Positions 49,575 through 58,038 of a DNA stretch of 64,000 nucleotides are shown one piece after another; within the stretch, counting starts at the first letter, position 1, and every line of letters begins with the position of its first letter. The notes below the pieces were generated by a model. It worked only from the letters and a program-made list of their open reading frames with translations. It was not told where the DNA came from and did not search any database. The stretch lies in the sequence record OM634661.1, one strand, 5' to 3'. A program made the position numbers and the translations under genes.

Positions 49575-49805
49575 TTAATTATTTTCTATTTGTTCTAAAA
49601 CTTCTTCAATTTCATTTTTTGTTGCAATGTAATATATCATATCTCTTTCTACATTGTTTACTAATAAGTAAAATTCACCATCTAATATAGAATGAACAGT
49701 ACAAATATCACCTTTAATAGAAAAATAGAGATTCTTCTTATTGCTTTGATCTTGAAATCCAATTTTATGTGAATTTTTAAATGAGAATCCAATAGAGTAA
49801 GTCAT
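49575..49805 (-). CDS. Hypothetical protein
   Basis: ORF with GAGGTG RBS. Confidence 0.6.
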   Translation of the reverse strand: MTYSIGFSFKNSHKIGFQDQSNKKNLYFSIKGDICTVHSILDGEFYLLVNNVERDMIYYIATKNEIEEVLEQIENN

Positions 49806-49876
49806 CTATAATCACCTCGATTAATTATTGAGTATAGTATATAAAATATTTGTGTATAAAAAAAGAAAGATGTTAT

Positions 49877-51679
49877 TTAAACATCCTTCTTAATTAAAGA
49901 CTTCATTAATTGATTCATCATACTTCTTTCTTTCTGACTCTTCTCAACAAGTTGGTTAGCTAAATTCTTCTTATTGATCAATGTTTTCTCAATTGATTCA
50001 TCTATACTTCCGCTAGTAACAAGATGAATAATATGAACTTCAGAATGAGAACTTCCAATACGATGTACACGACCATCCCTTTGATCCTTAGTAGCAGGAT
50101 TCCAAGGTAAATCAAAATGAATTAATACATTTGAGAACTGTAAATTAATTCCATAATTGCCCGCATCAGTTGAAACGAAGAAATTGATTTTATCATCATA
50201 CTTAAATCTATCAACAGCCGCTTGTCTTTCAAATGGTTTCATAGATCCATTTAGAATTTCAACGCCGCCAAGCTTACTAATTCTTTCAACAATAAGCTTT
50301 TGCATTCTTGCAAATTGAGTAAAGATAACAATCTTTTTATTTCCAGATTGAAGCTGTTCTTTCAGTATAGAATCTAATTCATCAAGTTTTGGACTCTTAG
50401 ATTCTTTATCTAAAAGATCTAAATACTTTTTAGACATTCCTGAATCACTAAGTCTTAGAAGTTCTGGGTGATCAGAAGCCGAAATCATAAGGTTGATGTA
50501 TCCTAATACTTGAGACTCTTTAGGATGTTCAGGTTCTTTTGTAAAACCTTGTTCATCTGTATCAATTATTTCATCTTCTGCTGGTTTTAGATTAGATAAA
50601 CGAAACTCTGTAATTTCTTTCATCAGTTCATCAGAATCTTCTTTAAATGCCATATAAAGCTTCTCTTGCTCCTTAGTCATATTAACCCTGTAAGTATTAA
50701 AGATCATTTCAGGAAGCTCAGGAGCGACATCAGCTTTCATTCTACGAAGCATATAAGGAGAGATTCTTTTTCTTAACTCACCTTGTCTTTTGTATCCAAT
50801 AACTACGTTTTGTTTACCAAACTTTGTGGTTGTGACAACGTATCTGTTTCGGAAAGCCCAAAAGTTTCCTAAGATTAAAGGATTAAGCCAATCATACACA
50901 TTATATAGTTCATCTGGCTTGTTCTGCATTGGTGTTCCTGTTAATCCAAATTTGTAAGGAGCATCTATAGACTTAATAGCAATAGATGTTTGAGATTGCC
51001 AATTCTTAATCCTATGAACTTCATCACAGATAATTGCATCAAAGTTCATTGATTTGATGATTTCTAAGTCATTTCTCACTAATTCATAGTTGATAATAGT
51101 AAAAAGAATATCACTTTCCATTGCATTGGCTAGTGCCTCTTTTCTTTTCTTAGGAGTACCATCAATAACAATAGATGAATGATCTGTAAATTTTTCAATT
51201 TCATTAGACCACTGATACTTTAAAGAAGTGGGACAAATGACTAAAGCCTTATTAATTTCTCCAGTCTTATTTAATTTATGAACAGCACCAATTGACTGAA
51301 GACTTTTACCAAGCCCCATCTCGTCAGCAATTAATCCTTTTTTTATTTGAGTTAAAAAACTAATACCAACAGTTTGAAATGGATAAGGTTTCAATTTTAA
51401 ATCTTCTAAACCATCTAGAGACACTTCAAATTCTGGAATAATGGCATCTGATTCACCTTTGATTTGTTCAATAGATGTATTCCATGCAATCATATCTTCA
51501 AAATGCTCTACAATAATATCAATATGTTTTTTAGGAATAACCCATTTATACTCTTCATTGTGATAAAAAGCGCCATGTAATTTAGAAAATACAGATACAA
51601 TACCTTTAAATTGTTTGTCTCCTACTTGAGTCTCAAATTTAATCTCTAAATTGTCACCATTTAATGTCAAAGAAAGCAT
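49877..51679 (-). CDS. SNF2-family helicase/ATPase
   Basis: LKPYPFQ, LIADEMGLGKS, ICPTSL, IICDEVHRIKN, LTGTPMQN, LRRMKADV, IVIFTQF, GINLQ, WNP...QRDGRVHRIG. Confidence 0.93.
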   Translation of the reverse strand: MLSLTLNGDNLEIKFETQVGDKQFKGIVSVFSKLHGAFYHNEEYKWVIPKKHIDIIVEHFEDMIAWNTSIEQIKGESDAIIPEFEVSLDGLEDLKLKPYPFQTVGISFLTQIKKGLIADEMGLGKSLQSIGAVHKLNKTGEINKALVICPTSLKYQWSNEIEKFTDHSSIVIDGTPKKRKEALANAMESDILFTIINYELVRNDLEIIKSMNFDAIICDEVHRIKNWQSQTSIAIKSIDAPYKFGLTGTPMQNKPDELYNVYDWLNPLILGNFWAFRNRYVVTTTKFGKQNVVIGYKRQGELRKRISPYMLRRMKADVAPELPEMIFNTYRVNMTKEQEKLYMAFKEDSDELMKEITEFRLSNLKPAEDEIIDTDEQGFTKEPEHPKESQVLGYINLMISASDHPELLRLSDSGMSKKYLDLLDKESKSPKLDELDSILKEQLQSGNKKIVIFTQFARMQKLIVERISKLGGVEILNGSMKPFERQAAVDRFKYDDKINFFVSTDAGNYGINLQFSNVLIHFDLPWNPATKDQRDGRVHRIGSSHSEVHIIHLVTSGSIDESIEKTLINKKNLANQLVEKSQKERSMMNQLMKSLIKKDV

Positions 51680-51699
51680 TATTTCACCTCTTATATGTT

Positions 51700-51732
51700 A
51701 AATAAAAAAATAAAAGGAGTCTAATGACTCCT
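51700..51732 (-). terminator. Rho-independent terminator
   Basis: GGAGTC-ATTA-GACTCC followed by a T tract on the - strand. Confidence 0.75.
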
Positions 51733-51737
51733 AAATG

Positions 51738-51962
51738 CTAGGCCAATTCCTCTTTTGTTTTTGGATCAATTGCAATAAACCAATTGTGACGACATGATCT
51801 CTTCATACATTTATAGGAATTTCTAGTTCTCCATTCATCTTTGTATGCTTTATTGTGACCACATTCAGGACAAATTTTTTCAACATATCTGTGCTTATAA
51901 GAATTACCTTTAGTTTTATATCCTCTTGAATTCCCCACAAACTGATTTGACTCGTTACTCAA
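51738..51962 (-). CDS. Zinc-ribbon protein
   Basis: CPECGH...CMKRSC. Confidence 0.65.
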   Translation of the reverse strand: MSNESNQFVGNSRGYKTKGNSYKHRYVEKICPECGHNKAYKDEWRTRNSYKCMKRSCRHNWFIAIDPKTKEELA

Positions 51963-51998
51963 TCTAGCTCCCCCTTAATTATCTTCGATAATGGAGCC

Positions 51999-52286
51999 TC
52001 ATCCTTCTTGCGTATTACTTGTTGAAGATTCTTTGAGCATATGAAGAAATTCTTTATATCTTGCTTTCTCAAGAATCTTTCTCCTCGACCTTGAAACCGT
52101 TTCTGGCTGTGTAGCTTTCTCTAATATCTCTTGAACGACTTCTTTAGGAATATTTATTTCATCAAATACCTGCCAATAGGACAACAATAAGACGAGATAA
52201 TCTGTTCTAGCTTCAGGGATATGATCCATTAGATATGCTACTTTTTTAAAACCAGAATTCATATCGCTATTAAGATTGCGATCCAT
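51999..52286 (-). CDS. Hypothetical protein, paralog of the next gene
   Basis: PEARTDYLVLLLSYW...ATQPETVSRSRRKI; likely start ATG 52286. Confidence 0.6.
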   Translation of the reverse strand: MDRNLNSDMNSGFKKVAYLMDHIPEARTDYLVLLLSYWQVFDEINIPKEVVQEILEKATQPETVSRSRRKILEKARYKEFLHMLKESSTSNTQEG

Positions 52287-52581
52287 AATGCTCACGCATT
52301 TCTTGTTCTCTTTGTCTTCTTTGTTTGATAACATCTTCTTCTGTTGGTGGGAATAATCCTTGGGATTGAATCTTTCTTCTGACTCTAGTAATTGACTCAG
52401 GACTTGTTGCATATTGAGCAAATAACATAGCTGTTTCAGTAGGAATTGGAATCCCATTGATCTTAGACCAGTACGCTAACAGTAAAAGTCTGTCATCATT
52501 GCGTGTCTCTGGATGTTCTTCTAGTATATTATATACTTGATCCTTAACTTTTGTGAGGTTTTTTTCAGTTTCATTCGCCAT
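52270..52581 (-). CDS. Hypothetical protein, paralog of the previous gene
   Basis: PETRNDDRLLLLAYW...ATSPESITRVRRKIQ. Confidence 0.65.
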   Translation of the reverse strand: MANETEKNLTKVKDQVYNILEEHPETRNDDRLLLLAYWSKINGIPIPTETAMLFAQYATSPESITRVRRKIQSQGLFPPTEEDVIKQRRQREQEMREHYGSQS

Positions 52582-53011
52582 TTTTTGGCTCATCCCCTTC
52601 ATATTGTTTCAATAATTCTTCACAAATTTTACGATGAATACTTCTTACACGCTCATAAAATGATGCACCTTTATCTGTAAGCTCATTTTCATTGATATCA
52701 TTCTTTGTTAAAGACTTTAAATCTTCAAAAACATCAATAAAATCAGTCAAATGAGGCTCAAGATAGTTAAAAAGGACCGTATCTGAAATTTGATCAATGA
52801 AATTATTCAAAGAATCATCAATTAGTCCTAGTTCCTGATCCGCATATTTCATTGCCTTAGAATGCTGTTGTTTGGTTTGTGGTGGAAGCTCTGGAATTTT
52901 AAGTCGTTTAGTAGGAAATTTATCCTGAGACTTCTCATCTAAAGATTCTGATTTTGGATTAAATAATCTATCAATAATATTCTCATAATCTTTATTTGTT
53001 TCTTCGCTCAT
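52571..53011 (-). CDS. Hypothetical protein
   Basis: ORF with AGGAGG RBS. Confidence 0.6.
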   Translation of the reverse strand: MSEETNKDYENIIDRLFNPKSESLDEKSQDKFPTKRLKIPELPPQTKQQHSKAMKYADQELGLIDDSLNNFIDQISDTVLFNYLEPHLTDFIDVFEDLKSLTKNDINENELTDKGASFYERVRSIHRKICEELLKQYEGDEPKNGE

Positions 53012-53183
53012 ATGAATGCCTCCTAATGTGATTTCTTAACGAATTGTTTTGATCCACAGTCAATGCATTGATATATTTCAATCTCTTTGTATACCTCTGG
53101 ATCATGCTTGCTACTTCCCTTTGTAATAGCAACTTGTTTATGAACAGTAAACCATCGACCATTACACTTATCGCATCTTTCAA
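52992..53183 (-). CDS. Hypothetical protein
   Basis: TTG start after GAGGG; fills a gap. Confidence 0.45.
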   Translation of the reverse strand: MKDAISVMVDGLLFINKLLLQREVASMIQRYTKRLKYINALTVDQNNSLRNHIRRHSYERRNK

Positions 53184-53210
53184 AATTTTCCCTCATATAA
53201 GAATACCCCT

Positions 53211-53939
53211 TTATTGACCTTTCTTAAATTGAGAGAGTTTTTCTTCAAGTACCTTAATCTTCTTTTGAGCTTCTCTCAATTCATGAATAATTTCTAATTC
53301 ATGATCATAAGGCTTCACAAGATAAATATCATCAGATCCTTTATACCTAAATGGTAAGTACCAGAATGGTCTATTCTCTTCAAAAGCTTCTAGCTCTTGT
53401 TTATCTAACCATTCTTTAGGTATAGTAATCTGCTTTTCTCCCCTTGCATTTTTAGTTCCTCTTTCCTTACACTCCATGAGTGCATGGTCTAATTTAATGT
53501 CTCCCTTTGAATGCCACATAGCGCCAGAGTTTGGTTGTCTCTTGGCTTCTTGTCTTTCAAATGTATTCTTTTTTAACGAAGATATATTGATAGGATTAGT
53601 ATCTTCATTAACATCATCAATTAAATCTTCTTCTTCATCGTCTTTTATTGATGAGAAATCAAGCTTTGGTTTAGCAACAGCTTTCTTTTTTGAAGAAGAG
53701 AATTTTTTATTCCATTTGTCTTGAACATCCTTTTCAAAAGCCATACCTTCTTTCTTTCCTTTTAGGTGTGTCTTGAAAAGTTCTTTCTTTTTGTTTTCCT
53801 TATTGATGTTACGCTGATTCATTTTATCAATCTTTTCTTGCCTTGGATTCTTGTACAAACGCACTCCATCACATAAATGACAAAGTGCGCTATTTGAACA
53901 AGTATCATGCATTTCTTTTGAACACTTGTAAGAAGTCAC
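53211..53939 (-). CDS. PD-(D/E)XK nuclease, Holliday-junction-resolvase-like, with N-terminal Cys cluster
   Basis: GMAFEKDV...RQPNSGA...GDI...MECKE...ITIPKEWLDK. Confidence 0.65.
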   Translation of the reverse strand: MTSYKCSKEMHDTCSNSALCHLCDGVRLYKNPRQEKIDKMNQRNINKENKKKELFKTHLKGKKEGMAFEKDVQDKWNKKFSSSKKKAVAKPKLDFSSIKDDEEEDLIDDVNEDTNPINISSLKKNTFERQEAKRQPNSGAMWHSKGDIKLDHALMECKERGTKNARGEKQITIPKEWLDKQELEAFEENRPFWYLPFRYKGSDDIYLVKPYDHELEIIHELREAQKKIKVLEEKLSQFKKGQ

Positions 53940-54415
53940 AAATCAATACCTGCATTCATTGCTGGCAACAATTCTTTTTCAAGTTTCAATAAACCTGTAA
54001 CAGTAATTAATCGTTGCTGCTTGGCAAAAATAACATCTACAAGTGATTTAAGATAAATGAATCGTTCTGTAACATCTCTATGGATTTGATACATATTAAC
54101 AACTTGACCACTTGGAAGCTGATATTCCTGTAGAGCCAAAGTTGCATTTCTTTTTCGATCTGTTTCGTTACTTCCTAGAGCCTTTTCTCTTTCAAATTCA
54201 CGAATGATACTTTCTGTCTTTTCTTTACTTGCTTCTAACTCTGCTAAGTATAATTTGATTTCGGAAAAGAAGCTATCAATTCTTGAAAGAATACCCATTG
54301 TGATACTTGGAGTCGCCTCTGTTGGAATGCGAATCGTTTCAATTCTTTGTTGATAAATTCTTTTCTGATTAGCCCATTCTCGATCAGACATAGATAATAT
54401 AGACAAAAGAATCAA
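53936..54415 (-). CDS. Hypothetical coiled-coil protein
   Basis: 159-aa ORF. Confidence 0.6.
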   Translation of the reverse strand: MILLSILSMSDREWANQKRIYQQRIETIRIPTEATPSITMGILSRIDSFFSEIKLYLAELEASKEKTESIIREFEREKALGSNETDRKRNATLALQEYQLPSGQVVNMYQIHRDVTERFIYLKSLVDVIFAKQQRLITVTGLLKLEKELLPAMNAGIDL

Positions 54416-54426
54416 CTCCTATAGAA

Positions 54427-55035
54427 CTAAAATTTATTATTGTGAATGATATGTTTTACAGCTTCATGAACATCTTCGATAGATTCTTGACCATCAACTG
54501 TAAAAGCCCAATATGAATTACGATCAACAAATTGATTGTAAAGATCTCTTACTTTTTTAAGCAATTTGTGATCGGATTCATATCGGTCATTCTCACCATT
54601 ATTATGCTTTCCTTTTCTAGCCATACTTATGTCAGCAGGAATATCAATATGAAGAATTAAGTCAGGCTGTTTTAATTTGGATTGAAGCATATTAATAAAG
54701 TCGATATCAATATCAGGAGAAGAAGCCAGAGAGTAAACACGCTGACTAAGTGTATATCTATCTAATATTAAATAATCAACGCCATTACGTTTCAATTCAT
54801 CAAACCATTTTTGTTGAGCCATCTTGTCAGCTGCCATAATGAGTTCAATTGTAAGCTGATCTACATCCCATTCTTTAGTAAGCCACTTTTGAATAAGTTC
54901 ACCAGTAGGTGTGTCATATCGGTGGAATTCAGAAGCCTCTACCTTATAACCCAATGACTGTAAATATTCCTTTAACATTTTTGTTTGAATTGCTTTTCCA
55001 GCTTTGTCTAATCCCTCAAATGCAATTATCTTCAT
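54427..55035 (-). CDS. tmk: Thymidylate kinase
   Basis: IIAFEGLDKAGK, ILDRYTLS, QPDLILHID, RYE. Confidence 0.9.
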   Translation of the reverse strand: MKIIAFEGLDKAGKAIQTKMLKEYLQSLGYKVEASEFHRYDTPTGELIQKWLTKEWDVDQLTIELIMAADKMAQQKWFDELKRNGVDYLILDRYTLSQRVYSLASSPDIDIDFINMLQSKLKQPDLILHIDIPADISMARKGKHNNGENDRYESDHKLLKKVRDLYNQFVDRNSYWAFTVDGQESIEDVHEAVKHIIHNNKF

Positions 55036-55056
55036 TCTGTCATTCCCCTTCCAATT

Positions 55057-55362
55057 TTACATAATATATTCTAATTTTAAATTTAAATATTCCAGATAAG
55101 CATTTGCCACTTTAAAAGCAGCTTCTTTTTCTAAGAAATCGTAATAAGAAAAATGATCTTTCTTATATGCAACATTTGCATTAGTCACACGATTTTCTTT
55201 TTTATGAAGAAACATCACAATAGATTCATAATCATCGGTGTAAGCATATACTTCTTCATCTTCATAATGATTTGTATATGCAACAAGAAGACTTTTTAGA
55301 TTCTTGTTAATTAAGTTTTCTTCTTGATCTTTCAAAATAAGCTTAGAAAACAAAACAAACAC
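55057..55362 (-). CDS. Hypothetical protein
   Basis: GAGGT RBS with GTG start. Confidence 0.55.
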   Translation of the reverse strand: MFVLFSKLILKDQEENLINKNLKSLLVAYTNHYEDEEVYAYTDDYESIVMFLHKKENRVTNANVAYKKDHFSYYDFLEKEAAFKVANAYLEYLNLKLEYIM

Positions 55363-55367
55363 CTCGT

Positions 55368-55520
55368 TTACTTGATAGAATCCTCTACATAAGAAACAAT
55401 GCCAGATTCTTCTAAGTATTCAAATTCAGCATCTAGTACAGCTTCTACAATATTAGGATCTACATTTAATTTCTCTGAAATAAATTTGATTAAATCTTGA
55501 TTATTAATTTCAACATCCAT
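55368..55520 (-). CDS. Small protein resembling the HU/IHF N-terminal helices (50 aa; not in the ORF track)
   Basis: NNQDLIKFISEKLNVDPNIVEAVLDAEFEYL; GCGGGG RBS. Confidence 0.55.
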   Translation of the reverse strand: MDVEINNQDLIKFISEKLNVDPNIVEAVLDAEFEYLEESGIVSYVEDSIK

Positions 55521-55549
55521 TGTAATACCCCGCTTTCACTTTGTGTATT

Positions 55550-55580
55550 TATAGAAACCATTAACGAAGGGGAAAGTCAA
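55550..55580 (-). promoter_or_regulatory. Promoter-like motif TTGACT-N12-AATGG-TTTCTAT
   Basis: Minus-strand copy of the recurring motif, upstream of the tmk operon. Confidence 0.5.
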
Positions 55581-55597
55581 TAGATTTCAATATATAA

Positions 55598-55635
55598 ATA
55601 AAAAGAAGACATCTCAATCAATGAGACATCTTCTT
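55598..55635 (-). terminator. Terminator at the 3' end of the large ncRNA
   Basis: - strand AAGAAGATGTCTCA-TTGAT-TGAGATGTCTTCTT followed by TTTATTT. Confidence 0.8.
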
Positions 55636-56430
55636 GGAATTATGATTTTGTGCTGTCTGCCCAGCCAAGCGGATCTCAATAGAGTCAGTAAATGAATACT
55701 CAAAGTCCGTTGATCTTGGATTTTGAAAAACTTTAGGTAGAAGCCTAGTTCCCAATGAAATTTTCTAATACTAGGACTCCTGTGTTTGATCGTTATCTCT
55801 TTTATCATAAGATATTTGATCTTTGCACATTAACATTTAAGGTTTGATATTTGAGCTTTTATACATTTTTGAGTATTCCTTTCACACATGATCTTATTGA
55901 TCTGTTGAAAAGAATCTCCTTCTCTGTATTATTAGCCTAATACAATACCCAATAAAATGGATTAATGTTTTTGTTGCACCATAACGCTGATGCGGGCGCA
56001 TCTAGTTCAAAGAGATTCAGACAAACAGCAAGTTGTCTTTAAAGACGTAGCGTATGTTTTCTAGTGAATGTGTGTCTAGTGAATAGCTGGATCTTATTAG
56101 CCAGGCATCCAAAGCCTCAATTAGATTTTTTAGCCAGGGATCTAGAACCTCAAGCTATTCTAAAGTCTGAGCCATTATAGCTCTTTTACGCTGATTACGG
56201 GTTCAGCGAATCAAACCTTTGGAGATCCAATACTATAAGTAAAGGATGGTTATGTGATCAACCCTCGGACCATCACAAATTCTCATGACCTATAATTTAT
56301 GAAGTCTTGTCAGGTGCATCCCCTTAAAACCAAGACCATGAGAGGTTCAGCATGTTTTTACTCCAAGCCTTGATGCAGAAGGCACATGCGGGAATTACTA
56401 AGAATAATTTTTGAAATGAAATGATTTACT
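55602..56430 (-). ncRNA. Large structured ncRNA of about 830 nt (GOLLD/ROOL-like class or novel)
   Basis: No credible ORF, own sigmaA promoter and terminator, numerous local hairpins and nested long-range helices; near tRNA genes in a phage. Confidence 0.75.
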
Positions 56431-56436
56431 TAAATT

Positions 56437-56465
56437 ATCATAACTTAAAAAGTTGGAAAGATCAA
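56437..56465 (-). promoter_or_regulatory. sigmaA promoter TTGATC-17-TATGAT for the large ncRNA
   Basis: -35 at 56465-56460, -10 at 56442-56437. Confidence 0.65.
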
Positions 56466-56908
56466 GATATATTCTCAATTTTTTCAATGTTATTAAAATC
56501 AATTGGAGAATTCTTTTGACTATAGAACAAGATTAAATCCTCCATGAAAAAGAGTTCTTCTAAAAATTTACCATCTAAATGACCAATCTGTTTAAAAAGA
56601 TGTTCAATGACCTCCTTCTCTTGATTAGTAAGCCTAGATATAGAGTCAGAAAAATCATAGGAGTCTTTAGGTATTGAGAAGTATCCATGATGTTTGTATT
56701 CATCATAAACACTTTCGATGAATGGTCCTGATTTTAGATAGATAACTTTTTCATCAAATAAAGTTTTTCTATATCTCTGATAATAAGAAGTCTGAACGAA
56801 ATATAAAAGCTTTTGTAATTTAAGAGGAGTAATAGAACGTTCCGAATTAATAACACTCATTGATATTAAATAATTCGCAACATGAATTGCTTTAGCCAAA
56901 TTAATCAA
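56462..56908 (-). CDS. Panacea-domain (DUF4065/GepA/SocA-like) antitoxin protein
   Basis: VANYLI...ITPLKLQKLLYFVQ...LFDE...GPFIESVYDEYK. Confidence 0.85.
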   Translation of the reverse strand: MINLAKAIHVANYLISMSVINSERSITPLKLQKLLYFVQTSYYQRYRKTLFDEKVIYLKSGPFIESVYDEYKHHGYFSIPKDSYDFSDSISRLTNQEKEVIEHLFKQIGHLDGKFLEELFFMEDLILFYSQKNSPIDFNNIEKIENIS

Positions 56909-56923
56909 CTCCTTTCAATTGAT

Positions 56924-57115
56924 TTAATATGCATAATGATAATACATTTCATCAAAATATCTTTCTTTCATTTCAAGATATTCAGGAAGGTACTTAGTAA
57001 TAAAATGACTTGCGTCTTTCTTAGTATTACCATTAAATATAACAGCTAATTGAAATTCAAGCTTCAATATTAAGTTTAATTGTTTTGAAGTAGGTTTATT
57101 ATCTGTCATAATCAA
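56924..57115 (-). CDS. Hypothetical protein
   Basis: PTSKQLNLI...GNTKKDASHFITKY. Confidence 0.6.
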   Translation of the reverse strand: MIMTDNKPTSKQLNLILKLEFQLAVIFNGNTKKDASHFITKYLPEYLEMKERYFDEMYYHYAY

Positions 57116-57300
57116 TTCCTTTTTTTATTTATATTTGCCCATTGATTTAAAATAGAACTAGCATTGTTTATTCTTTGCTCATCTGTTAAAAAAATGTCTG
57201 ATGGAATGTTTGTTGATCTTACTGGCCTCTTAGCTGATGAAAGAATTTTTAAAATCTGTTCTTCATTAAGCGTTTTAAAATAAGAGTGATTTGATTGCAA
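57112..57300 (-). CDS. Hypothetical protein (62 aa)
   Basis: TTG start at 57300 after GAGGTG; the longer ORF-track version overlaps the neighbouring gene. Confidence 0.5.
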   Translation of the reverse strand: MQSNHSYFKTLNEEQILKILSSAKRPVRSTNIPSDIFLTDEQRINNASSILNQWANINKKRN

Positions 57301-57376
57301 TATTAACACCTCATAGTAAGAAAAATAGCAGCAGGTGTCTTGAATCAACAACCCACTGCTATTTGATCTAATGGAA

Positions 57377-58003
57377 TCAATCTTCGATTTGAATCTTTGT
57401 GTTTGCATTACTTTCAGAGAGAGTAAAGTCAACTTCCAACTCAAAGGACTCAACTTTTTCTTCAAGTTCTTTGATCTTTTCTCTAATAGAGATTGGATCA
57501 AGCATCGTTGGTTTATATCTTTTGGTGTAAGATTCAGTCAAAACTTCAATCTCTTTCGTTGCACCTTTATCTTTAGGGTTAATATCAGATGCAAGACGTT
57601 TTTCTAAACGATCTTCAAAGTTCTGATTTTCTCTTTCAAGTTTAATCACCATTTTAGAAAGCTGATTCTTTAGTACTGAGAGTAAATTTTTATCATACTC
57701 AATACCAGAATCTCTTCGATCAATGGCTTCAGCAACTGTCATCTTTTGACCAGCAATGACAACTTCTGTTTCCGCATTCGATTTAACGATTGCAGCTTTG
57801 ATCTCATTTCGATTTTTAATCAATTTTGTTACTTGATCTAGAGATGCTTTAGCTTCCGTTTCAAACTCCTCAACAGAAGAATAAGTATCAGGAACGCTAG
57901 AACCAATTTGCATTGTGATAAAGTCTTTATGATATGCTTTTTGAATACGTTTATCTAATACCTTTAGTTCTGATAATGCTCTATGGATTGATAGTTCTCT
58001 CAT
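57377..58003 (-). CDS. Conserved phage coiled-coil protein
   Basis: LSIHRALSELKVLDKRI...MTVAEAI...VDFTLSESNA. Confidence 0.75.
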   Translation of the reverse strand: MRELSIHRALSELKVLDKRIQKAYHKDFITMQIGSSVPDTYSSVEEFETEAKASLDQVTKLIKNRNEIKAAIVKSNAETEVVIAGQKMTVAEAIDRRDSGIEYDKNLLSVLKNQLSKMVIKLERENQNFEDRLEKRLASDINPKDKGATKEIEVLTESYTKRYKPTMLDPISIREKIKELEEKVESFELEVDFTLSESNANTKIQIED

Positions 58004-58038
58004 TAAATACATCCCCTTAAATTATATTATTATTTAAA

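Noticed and set aside
55614-55808. 64-aa ORF inside the large ncRNA
   Set aside because: It runs through the long-range helices and into the terminator, and has no recognisable protein features. A short translated peptide cannot be fully excluded.
55602-56430. Interpreting the large RNA as tmRNA, RNase P RNA, or a group I/II intron
   Set aside because: I found no tRNA-like GGGG...CCA ends or tag peptide, no GAGGAAAGUCC-type RNase P core, no domain V, and no flanking exons; it has its own promoter and terminator.
57301-57501. N-terminal extension of the 57112-57501 ORF
   Set aside because: It overlaps the 57377 gene on the same strand and spans a hairpin; the RBS supports a TTG start at 57300.
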